Shown piece after piece: positions 1 to 10,800 of a DNA stretch of 64,000 nucleotides. The stretch comes from Takakia lepidozioides (taxonomy: Eukaryota > Plantae > Bryophyta). How positions within the stretch are numbered: position 1 is the first letter of the stretch; each line of letters opens with the position of its first letter. The notes under the pieces are model-generated. The model did not search any database. It had not been told where the DNA came from and saw only the letters and a list, made by a program, of their open reading frames with translations. The position numbers and the translations under genes were made by a program. The DNA is taken from positions 24,862,001-24,926,000 of the forward strand of contig CM060733.1 in assembly GCA_030704615.1 (NCBI GenBank), in the 5' to 3' direction.

Positions 1-1440
1 CATGAGTCCAACAAGACCCGCAGTGGCCAGTACTTCTTGCATGCCGGTCCACTCAAACAGAAAATGCCTCCCTGGTTGTCTAACAAGACAACTCCAGGTG
101 TCACCATGGCGCGCTCAAAGGCTGGCCTAGCTGGCAGCTCCGTCAACCTGGCAGCTGCAGCTTGTCATGGCGCAGCCGTGGCAGTCTTGACCCTCAAATC
201 CGAGGATCCCTCAGCCACTACACCTTTCAGTAACTCCGCAGAAGATGAAGTGACCTCCCCACTCTCAAAGAGTGTTGCTGCTAGTCTGAACACTGCAACT
301 GGTCTTACCCCCGGCGTCGAAATCATGGTTGCCGAGAACAGTGGGGCTTGACACACAGAGGTGGCTGCCCCCAATAACACACCGGCTGCACTAGCCTTGG
401 TAGTGGGTGTCAGTGCTGCATGTGTAGTTCTCCCCAATGGCATAGTAACCTCCGCCTCGGTAACAGCCGGGCGAGAACTAGGTGCCATGGATGGCGTCGA
501 CACTGTCTCTGCCAATGTGAATGACTGAGGAAGCCTCGCTTGACGGCTTGCCTCCCCACGCTGTGGATCCAATTCCACCTCTGCACCTCGTGGCTCAGGA
601 ACTCGTGCTGCTCCTCGAGTCACGGCTGCAGCAGACTCCACCTGCACTAGTGGTAGTGCTGCTCCGCACATGAATCCCATGCCTCCCATATCTCCTCCCT
701 CAGGAACACGAGGTGGACCATCCCGCCTGGGAGCCGGTACCACCTGAGCTGTAGCCATGGCAGCGAGCCTCTGCTCTAGCTGCTGAAGCCGGTTGGCCAT
801 GTCTTGGTCAACACCCTGACCTCCGCGTCCTTGGCCATGTTGAGCTTGCCCTTGGCCTGCACCTCGTGCCCGACCACCTCGTCCTCTCTGGGCTGGTCCA
901 CCTCGCCCCCGGCCACCATTGTTCCCTTGGAACTGGCCTGGGCGCAACTCAGGGTGCAAGTCATAACACTGGGCATCTCCATGCCCATACTTGCCACAAT
1001 GCCCACACTGCAACTGTGCAGGCTGTGCTTGTACCGGCCTTCTGCCACTCTCTGGGCAATCTCTCTTGACATGGGCTCCTCCACATGTCCAACATATCAC
1101 CCCTGGTTGCTGATGGCCTGCAAAAGGTGCCACGGGCCTCTGCACCTGAGGTCCCCTGTAAGCTCCATGGAACTTGGGTTGGGCAACCTTGCCCCCCTGA
1201 CCACGCTGTTGGGCAGTCCCTTGTACTACATCTCCTCCATCGTGTCCCACAACAATGGCACGGAAATGACTTGCACCCTCGGCGAGAATCCTCCTGACTC
1301 CGAGTCTGAACCTTCCTCAGAAGACACTGAAGGTGAAAGTGGCCTAAACCGCACACCTTGTCTTGTGTACCCACTAGTATCGCTGGTGCTTGTACCGGCA
1401 CTCCCCTCAGCAGCTGGTGGCACCTCCGTGATGAAAACTC
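1..1440 (-). pseudogene. gag-protease pseudogene of element 1 (capsid region deleted, premature stops)
   Basis: ORFs 1226-1423 and 165-1250; CWTCGGAHVKRDC and CGHCGKYGHGDAQC knuckles; TGG>TGA at 165; VLLDS protease motif at the window edge. Confidence 0.85.
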
Positions 1441-2175
1441 ACAACCCAACCGGTTGTCAACCTGTCTCTAATCCCCACTTTCTACAAGGTAACCGGGTAA
1501 AGAACCTGTTGCGGCTACTGGTTCAAGCAGGAATAATAGGTTTCTAACGTAGACCTGTACCTGCACCTGCATCCACCGCAAGCACTCTTATGGTCTGCTG
1601 GTCATCAACCCAGCCTCACCATAGAAGAAACACTGGTGGTCTTGCTGGTCATCACTCTAGCCTCACCACCGACAGCATACTCTAGGATTGGCCGGTGATC
1701 AAATCCGGACCAACCTCCTATGAAAACAAGCGCCCACACAAAGCTAACATGGCGCATAGTCAAGCATGCAGGTGTGGAGGGGATCCAAACACAAGAAAAT
1801 CAAGACAGCAACTCCCCCACACCAAAAACACTCCACAGTGTCGCTCCTGCAAGGACACCCCAGCCCAAACCCGGACTGACTCTTGCCTCCACCTACGGAA
1901 AGGTTTTGGCCTACAGAGAGGGTGAAAGACTATGGAGAAGAGAAACTAAAGCAATTCCTAACCCCAGAATGCTCTCATCCCACCACTCTCCCTCCTGTCT
2001 CTATCCACTCGCTTGTATGGCCGTGGCAAGTATCCTTCAATATCTCTCAATCAATCCTTCAAGAGCTCTTCAACATTGTCCACCAAAGCTCCTCGAAGGG
2101 TCCTCCAAGGGCCCTCAAATATCTTCCAAACAATCCTCTAAAGGCCCTTAAATTTCACTAAGTCCTTTCACTGTT

Positions 2176-2568
2176 GATACCTTAACAGAGGTATAGTCTG
2201 AGGTTGCTAGGGTCCCTTATGTTGATGATACCTTACAGAGGTATAGTCTGAAAATGAGGGTTCTGTTTGGTATACTGACAGAGGTATAGTCTGAGCTGAT
2301 TAGGGTCCACATATGGTGATACCTCAACAGAGGTATAGTAAAAAGGACAAGCTCCTGTTTGGTATACTAACAGAGGTATAGTCTGAGCTGATTAGGGTTC
2401 ACATATGGTGATACCTCAATAGAGGTATAGTAAAATGGATAAGCTCATGTTTGGTATACTAACAGAGGTATAGTCTCACATTAGGGTTCACATATGGTGA
2501 TACCTCAACAGAGGTATAGTCAAAGGGACAAGCTCCTGTTTGGTATACTAACAGAGGTATAGTCTGAG
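2176..2568. repeat. Tandem array in the element 1 leader: 9 copies of core ACAGAGGTATAGT with two alternating spacers (~92-bp dimer)
   Basis: Cores at ~2185, 2235, 2278, 2327, 2370, 2419, 2462, 2508, 2551. Confidence 0.9.
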
Positions 2569-3648
2569 CATACACTACTAGGGTTTGTAATGAAGAGCTA
2601 GAATGCAAGTCCTTGACTTCTATGCTTCTACTCAAGCAAAAATATGGTCTCTAGGTGGTCATAAGAGGCATCTTCTTGCTCTCTTCCACCCCAATGTGCA
2701 ACCAAGAGTGGTCCAACTCAACTTGCAAGTCATCGTCCACCAAATCAATCCCCCTTCTAGTCCTTGGGATTTGATTGCAAACTACCATATCCCCATTGCC
2801 GAGCAATCATGCATTTGTCTCCTCATCACTTGACAATTGCTCCAAATCAACACAAATTATCTCAATGTGTAGGAGCAATGCTCGTCACTTACAATAATGC
2901 TCCCAAGCAATCCGCCTTGGATCCCACTCTCACGCCATATGCCTCATTTGGGGTCTTGCACCAATCCATCATCCATGTGCTCCCCGTGGTCATTTGAATG
3001 CATGTTTCATGACCTCTTGGCCTACGTGTTGCTCTTCTTCATCATAACATGAATCAACACCTCTCCAATTCACACACAAATGGATCTCAAAGGCCTTCAC
3101 CTCTTGCTAGTTCAAGAGCTCCCCTTCTCAAACTTGAACTTACAAACTCAAGCGAGCATGCTCCACACATGCACCACTTGCTTGGTCAACTATCCACCAC
3201 AAAGCTCGCACTACCAAGAGCATGAATAGCCAAGTATTGTCTCCCCCTCTAAACCCCCTCTTGTCACATTACATAGTTAGGGTGAAGCTATGCATACATT
3301 GAATGATGATTTCCCTTCAAGGATTTCCCACCACATGTTCTCCAAACCCTTCCAATGGCACCCTAAGCTTGGCTCCACACCACCATGATTGGAAGATTTC
3401 TTCACATGCTCCCTTTCAAAACCTCTTGAGCTTCTTAGTGCTCTCCAAGTGCTTGCCCTTGTTGTCTTCAAGCCCAAGCATATATAGCTCCTTGGCTTCT
3501 CTTCCACAACATCCACACTTTGAACTTGATTAACCCTAGCTTGATAGTGAAATGAGCACTAACAAGCTTTAGTCACTCTCCACAAGCCATGGCGCACACC
3601 ATCGACTCCATAATGCATACAAAGGATTCTCAAACCCTAGAATCCATG

Positions 3649-3836
3649 TGTCGTGCGCATACATATCGCTACACAACTGCATCGCTGTCCAAAACCACAC
3701 AACACATGTGCACACCACACACTAGTATACCATTAGTCTACCACTAGTCCAGCCACTAGTCCAACCACTAGGCTACAACTAGTCAGTCACTAGGCTGCCA
3801 CTACGCTGCCCACTATGGCAGTCACTAGTCCACATA
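3649..3836 (-). repeat. Terminal repeat B2 (188 bp)
   Basis: Copy of 4159-4346 with 4 transitions by manual comparison; rich in CACTAG motifs. Confidence 0.95.
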
Positions 3837-3837
3837 A

Positions 3838-4156
3838 TGATAAAGAAGAAGAATACAAGCACAAGCTCATGCGAGCTCACAAAGCTGAAGCATAAACTCA
3901 TGCATATATAACCTCATCACTCAAATAGCCAAGTGCACCCCACGCCATGGGGAATCCACACTACGGCGCCATAGCTAGGCGCGGTGAGGCTCAACTCGAG
4001 AAAGATGAGCCTCCCGCGCTTGCCGTGAAGATAACCACTCCAGGGCCTAAATCTGCCTTGATCCCTGGATTGACACTTGGGCCAATCCCAAATGTCAATA
4101 TGTAAAAGATAGCTATTTCCTAGCTAGTTTCACACTAGTGGTAAAATAACTTGACA
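3838..4156 (-). repeat. Repeat A2 (319 bp)
   Basis: Copy of 15198-15524 with 2 substitutions and an 8-bp indel by manual comparison; TGTCA...TATCA on the sense strand. Confidence 0.95.
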
Positions 4157-4158
4157 GC

Positions 4159-4346
4159 TGTCGTGCGCATACATATCGCTACACAACTACATCGCTGTCC
4201 AAAACCACACAACACATGTGCACACCACACACTAGTATACCACTAGTCTACCACTAGTCCAGCCACTGGTCCAACCACTAGGCTACAACTAGTCAGTCAC
4301 TAGGCTGCCACTACGCTGCCCACTATGGCAGTCACTAGTCCACACA
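4159..4346 (-). repeat. Repeat B1 (188 bp), U3-like, directly after the PPT
   Basis: Sense TGTGTG...CGACA; joined to A2 through a GC spacer. Confidence 0.95.
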
Positions 4347-4358
4347 ATCGCCCCCCTA
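4347..4358 (-). promoter_or_regulatory. Polypurine tract
   Basis: Sense AGGGGGGCGAT immediately before the TG start of B1. Confidence 0.8.
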
Positions 4359-4605
4359 GCTGGTGCTTAGGTCCCTCTAAGTCCAGGTAGCCACAAGATG
4401 TGATAGTGACCATAGCCTCACTAAGTCCTCCACCACTATCCCTACTACACTCAAACTCGATAGATCAAGAGGCCGGGTGCAAGAGTTGCCCCATCGTTAG
4501 TCGCGTCTTGCAACCTGTGAACTTGAGCTTGGGATCTCATGTATTGACTCCTATGAGCTTGGCCTCCCATGTCTTGTTAGCTGCCTCCAGTCATGTCCAC
4601 TGCCA

Positions 4606-4959
4606 CTATCCCAAGCAGTGTGGACACAACCAATCTCCGTCAGAAACCTTCTCAAGAGGTGGTGTCAAGCATCCCATATGCCAACCCCTTGAGCACCGAT
4701 CACACACCAGCATGGTGGCTGCCCCTTTGGCAGACCCACAGAGCATGCACCTCAAACCTGCAGGTACCACTGCCAAGTTTGGGTCAACTCTGCCATCGAC
4801 ATTGGGAAGGTGACATGGCGCACAACTACGCACATGGTCTTTCCAAGTCATGCCATCCCGACCCTCTAAGATCAGGACCCCTGAGGGCAACACCTCTCGA
4901 ACCCTCAGAATAACACGCCCTGGAGTAACATCCAGAGTCGTAGGAGCAGTCTGCTGCAA
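4606..4959 (-). CDS. Integrase C-terminal extension with PHD finger (part of frameshifted Pol)
   Basis: CMLC...LVCDRC...WHMGCL.PPL...DGDWLCPHC = C4HC3 PHD. Confidence 0.9.
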   Translation of the reverse strand: MQQTAPTTLDVTPGRVILRVREVLPSGVLILEGRDGMTWKDHVRSCAPCHLPNVDGRVDPNLAVVPAGLRCMLCGSAKGAATMLVCDRCSRGWHMGCLTPPLEKVSDGDWLCPHCLG

Positions 4960-5890
4960 ATAAACATAGTCACCAGGCTAAACCTCCGAACCCCAGGACG
5001 ATATCCTCCACCACGTATAGTGGCATACCTCAACGTATCACGGTGTTGTGCAATGGCAAGGTTCTCAAAAGCCATGGGCATGACTTTCTTGAACAACTCT
5101 GCACGCTGATCACATGCACGTACCCACACGTCCGGATCGTCAAGGTTAAGGACTTGAGCAGTGTCCCTACGAATGGCTGCAGGCAAATCCGGCTCTCGGC
5201 CAAAGAGAAGGAAATATGGTGAGAAGGAGGCAAGTGATGCTTGTTTGCTGAACCTGTAGCCCATGGCTAACCAAGGAACCTGAAGATCCCAATCTCCTAG
5301 GTGTCCCTTCTGCAAGCCATACTTGCGCAAACCCCTCTTCACCGTCTGAACAACTCTCTCTGCTAAGCCATCGGCCTCAGGATGATCCCGAGAAGTGGTG
5401 CGGTGGTCTATCAAGGCTTTATCACACAAAGCCTGAAACTCCCCCAAGAACTCTCTCCCTTGGTCCGTGAGTACCTCAGCTGGAGCACCAAATCGGCTAA
5501 GCACACGATCCAAGAATGCATACGCAGCCCCCTCACTAGCCTTGTCAGGCAATGGAACCAACTCAATCCACTTGGAGAAGTGCTCCACCATCACCAACAC
5601 ATATCTGTGGTGGCGCATAGTCAGTGGCAACGGTCCTGCGAAGTCAAGACTCCATCTGTAGCCCAATCCCATGATAGGTAAAGGATGCAACTGTGGTGTA
5701 GGGGCGTTAATGAAGCACGCACCCTGTCACACACCATGCACCTAGCCACAAACTGTTGCACCTCTGTATGCATACCACGCCACCAATACTGCCCCTGCAG
5801 TAAACTGTGAGTGCGTCGCACTCCAAAATGCCCCAACTCCTCATGGGCATGCCGCACTAACCGTGCACGCTTGTGTGGGGTGAGGCACAA
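4905..5890 (-). CDS. DDE integrase (H2C2 zinc + rve core), split by 1-nt frameshifts
   Basis: HEELGH...CMVC; SLDFAGP, LTDQG, GLAERVVQT. Confidence 0.92.
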
Positions 5891-7579
5891 TCCTCACCCG
5901 ACCATCCTCCCACACTCGAAGTAGGTGTATCCCCTCCCACTTGAACCTCTTGGCTCGTTGTAGGATCCGATCCCTCTCCCTGGCAGTCACAATGGCTGCC
6001 GTGTCTCCCGTGCGGAGGTAGTCCAACACAGCCGAATCCTCATGTATATCTCTGGCACCACCTAGCTCATCACTAGCCTCAGGGTCCTCAGACACTCCGT
6101 CTACAGTCATCCCTGTTGTAGGTCCAATCTGACCTCCCGATGCCAAGATACACAAAAATGCAGATGCGTGCCATCCCGACACCATCTCCTCGTCCGTCTC
6201 ACCATGCCACCGAGCTCCAGTGTCATCCTGCTGGCTCATGCATGGATTGCGACTCAATCCATCCGCATCCCGATTGACCAAACCCGGTCGATGCACAACC
6301 TGAAAGTCATACTCCTGGAGTATAAGTGCCCACCGTGCAAGCTTCCCCGTAAGCTTGTCTGACTCCATCAACCACTTGAGTGGCTGGTGATCCGTGACAA
6401 GGGTGAAAAGATTGCCGTATAGATAGCACCTGAAGTGTGCCACGACCCACACTGCAGCTAAGCACTCTCCCTCATATGAGCTGTACTTAGCCTCTGCAGC
6501 GTTGTTCGAGCGGCTAGCGTAAGCCACTACGAACTCTCTTCCCTCATCATCCACCTGTGTGAGCACCGCTCCAAGCCCCAGCATGCTCCAATCCGTATGC
6601 AGCTGAAAGGGACGCCCCCTGATAGGTCGTCTCAAGATAGGCGCCGAGGTCAACCTCGCCTTGAGCTCTTGAAAAGCTCGTTCCTGCTCATCTTCCCACT
6701 GCCACTCCTGGTCCACCTTGGTCAGCTTGGTTAGAGCCTTTGCAATGGTACTAAATCCCTTGACAAACCGTCTATAATAGTTTGCCAACCCCATGAAAGC
6801 TCGAACTCGGCTCACATCCGTGGGGCGTGGAATTTGTGCAATGGCCTCTACCTTAGTCTGCTGTACCCCCAATCCTCCAGGATATATCATGTGACCCAGA
6901 TACTCAATCTGGTTGTGGAAAAACTTGCACTTCCCCGGATGCAACTTCAATCCGTGCGCTCTCAAGCGCTCCAATACCACCTGAAGGTGTCTCTCATGCT
7001 CCTCCATCATAACACTAAAGATGATGATGTCATCTATGTAGCACCGAGCAAAGTCCACCCCTGCTAGAATCCTATCCATGACTCTCTGAAACTCTGCAGG
7101 AGCATTCTTAAGCCCAAATGGTAAGAACCGCCACTGATATAGGCAATCTTGCCGTGCTCATTGATCCCCCAGAATGCCGTCTTCTGCTTGTCCGCCTCCT
7201 TGATTGGCAACTGGTGATATCCGGATCGTAAATCCAAAGTGCTAAAGGCCTTAGCATGCCCGATGGCATCAAAGATCTCCTCTGGTGTTGGCATGGCATA
7301 CTTATCGGACTTGGTCTGACGATTTACAGGCCGGTAATCACCGCACATACGTCTCTCCGTCCAATTGCCATAGACATCTTTCTTGGCTGGCATCACTGTG
7401 GCTGAAGCATACTCTCCACCAGAGAGCTCCACCAAACCTGCCTCCCAGAGATCTTGAGTCCTCATCTGAATCAAAGACCTCTCCATGTCACTGTATCTAT
7501 AGGGTCTCCGAAAGATTGGCGTGTCAGTGGCCAACTCAATACGGATCTCTTGACCCTTCAGTGCTCCCAAGTCCTTCAA
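5841..7579 (-). CDS. Ty3/Gypsy reverse transcriptase + RNase H (one frameshift near 7145)
   Basis: RMCGDYRPVN, LDLRSGYHQ, CYIDDII, TDWS, YEGECLA, TDHQPL, DADGLSR. Confidence 0.95.
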
Positions 7580-7853
7580 ACTGAAGGCAAAGCAATTCCT
7601 GTAAGCGCTCAGGAACCGCCGTATACGTCGTCTCTCTCCTCCGGTGACAATGGGTCCAATGTCAGGCTCCCAATTGTCCTCCGTAACTACAACCTTAAGT
7701 CCAGTGGGCTTAGAGGTAGAGGACGCGTCCCGTGGTTGCTATGCTGCAACCTCTTGAGCAGTACTCCCTACCTGCTCAGTCAATGACAAGGCATCATCCT
7801 GCCCCATCATCTCATCCTTGAGGACCTCCTCAACTCGAGAAGAATCCCCAACC

Positions 7854-10800
7854 TCATCCATCACAGCCGCCTTGGCTGCCAACTCCCTCTGAACCTCGAG
7901 CACCTCCCACGTGTGCCATGGATGCATGCACCCCGTGGTCCTCATATGCTCGCCCCCACTCACTGCCTGTACCGTCTCGGTAGGCAGAGAGACCATTGAG
8001 GGGAAGTGTATTCCGCACTCTGCGTTGCTCAGCTAGAGCCAAGCTGATAATCCAGGTCAAGCAATTGAGATCCATTGCTTGCCCCAACACTTGACGACGT
8101 GATGCCTCAGAAAGAGACGACACCGCCGTGGTACCAGTGGTAAAACCCATTGCCCGCTCACGCTCGTCAGCATTAGGCTCCACTAACTGCTGCAACTGAG
8201 CATCCCACAGGAGGCCAGGTCCACTATCCCGGAAAGCATGCGATCCTGGGAAGCTGAGCAGTGTAGGTAATGCTGCTCGTGGTTGACCCACCTTGTTGAC
8301 CACTGCCAAAGGCGAACGGTCATCGTGTCTCACACGTTGAGACTGCCTCCCTGTGTCCAGAATGTTATCCACTGTGAGATGTGCTGGCCGCTGCACCCCA
8401 TCAAATGCACGCTTGAGCAGTGCGGGTGGCATCATGTTAGTCCACCATAGCCGTGGACGATGAGCCCGTGACCCCACTGTAGCTGCATCTAGCAACACTG
8501 CTGACCCAAGCCACGACCGGACTTGATGCACACTGGCCATCACCCTGGCCCGAGAATCGCCCATCAGTGGCACATTCTCCAAGATGTATGCTGGAGATAC
8601 AGCTTGATGAAGCTGCAAGTGGCGCAAAACCCGCACCATCTCCCAAAACAGACCCGACCTCGAGTCTCGCAATCCATTGCCATGCCCGGCTGATGAATGC
8701 CCTTGGCAGGGCCAACCTGCCACTACCAGATCAATGGAGCCAACCCGCTCCAAATCCTGCGCCCCCAGCAACGAAATGTCTGCTGGCAAGGCCTGCTGAT
8801 ATCCACGAATTGCAGACACCGACAACAACTCAGGGTACCGCTGCACCAACTGAGCAACATGGCGAAGTGAAACGCGTCGTGCAGTCTCATCCCTCTCCAC
8901 ATACAGGTAACGCCGAACTCGTACACCTGCTTGTAACACAGCAGCCAATCCGGTGCTGATCCCGCCAAACAAGTCCAGAAGACAAATGCCTTCATCCGGA
9001 TACTGCCACACAATAGGTGTGGTGTCCAATGGAGACAATTGAGGTGGTCCTGGTGCAATCCCCACACTCTCCTCCTCTCCTGACGGTACAAAAGCCTCCA
9101 CCCAGGCTTGTTGCACCCGTCGATCAGCATCCCGCTGCAAATCCTTGCTCGTGCCCCACAATGGAGTCTGAGCAACCATGGTAGGCAACTCCGCCATACC
9201 ATACATGTCATCCTGCTCTCCCGGAGGTGGTACATCCTCTGAATGAGCATTGCCCTCAAGCAACTCTCTAGGCCAACTCACTGCCGCTGTGAATGCTGCT
9301 AGTGTCGGCATCTTGCCTCGCTGGGCAACCGCAACTCCTCCTATGAACGTCACAGGGAGCTGCACACGCCGGCCCTCCCCTGACTGCCATGCAGGCCTAT
9401 AGGAAGCTGACTCCTCCCAAAAATCCAGGGTGAAGCCCATGGGGTACAACACTGCCCCACCAACCAGGACATCGTATGAGACTGCGTCTGTCACAATGGC
9501 CTTGGCTCGCATCACTGAGCCATCTGTAGGGTGATCCGGCCGTAGTCTGATAGCCAACTCACGCCGTGTCATGCCCCGAGCCTGCTCCGATCCTCCCAGA
9601 GACGTCTGTATCTGGAAAGGACAAGGCTCCATATCCGCCTCCGTGAGGCCCAAGCCTGCAATAGCAGCTCTGCCCAGCATCAATGGCTGAGCTCCCGAGT
9701 CCAACAAGACCCGCAGTGGCCGGTACCTCTTGCCTGCCGGTCCACTCAAACAGAAAATGCCATCCTGGTTGTCTAACATGACAACTCCAGGTGTCACCAT
9801 GGCGCGCTCAATGGCTGGCCTAGCTGGCAGCTCCATCAACCTGGCAGCTGCAGCTTGCCATGGCGCCGCCGTGGCAGTCTTGACCCTCAAATCCGAGGAT
9901 CCCTCCGGCACTACACCTCCCACTATCTCCGCAGAAGATGAAGTAACCTCCCCACTCTCACAGAGTGTAGCTGCCAGCCTGAACACCTCAGCTGGTCTTA
10001 CCCCCGGCGTCGCAATCATGGTAGCCGAGAACAATGGAGCCTGGCACACAGATGTGGCCGCTCCTAGCAGCACACTAGCTGCCGTAGCCTTGGCAACACT
10101 AGGTAGTGGTGCTACCCGTGTAGCTCTCCCCAATGGCATAGTAACCTCCGCCTCGGTAACAGTCGGGCGAGAACTAGGTGCCATGGATGGCGTCGACACT
10201 GTCTCCGCCAATGTGAATGACTGAGGAAGCCTAGCCTGACGGCTTGCCTCCCCACGCTGTGGATCCAACTCCACCTCTGCACCTCGTGGCTCAGGAACTC
10301 GTGCTGCTCCTCGAGTCACGGCTGCAGCAGACTCCACCTGCACTAGTGGTAGTGCTGCTCCACACATGAATCCCATGCCTCCCATATCTCCTCCCTCAGG
10401 AGCAGGAGGTGGACCATCCGGCCTTAGAGCCGGTACCACCTGAGCTGTAGCCATGGCAGCGAGCCTCTGCTCTAGCTGCTGAAGCCGGTTGGCCATGCCT
10501 TGGTCAACACCCTGACCTCCGCGTCCTTGGCCACGTTGAGCTTGCCCTTGGCCTGCACCTCGTGGCTGGCCACCTCGTCCTCTCTGGGCTGCTCCACCTC
10601 GCCCCCGGCCACCATTGTTCCCTTGGAACTGGCCTGGGCGCAACTCAGGATGCAAACCATAACACTGGGCCTCTCCATGCCCGTGCTTGCCACAATGCCC
10701 ACACTGCAACTGTGCAGGCTGTGCATGTGCCGACCCTTTGCCTCCCTCTGGGCAATCCTTCTTGACATGGGGTCCTCCACATGTCCAGCACACCACATCC

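Larger units (their letters stand above)
1..3648 (-). mobile_element. Partial Ty3/Gypsy element 1 (relative of the DNMT-bearing element): gag/protease start and 5' leader; continues at 15525-16188 and off the left edge
   Basis: 1-1515 is collinear with, and highly similar to, 9694-11976 apart from a deletion; interrupted at CATG (3645-3648/15525-15528) by element 2. Confidence 0.85.

Noticed and set aside
2176-2568. CRISPR-like palindromic repeat with spacers
   Set aside because: Spacers alternate between two types, no cas genes, eukaryotic TE leader
8020-8987. Bacterial restriction-modification methylase or host DRM gene
   Set aside because: In frame within Gag-Pol, no endonuclease partner, DNMT3-like and not permuted
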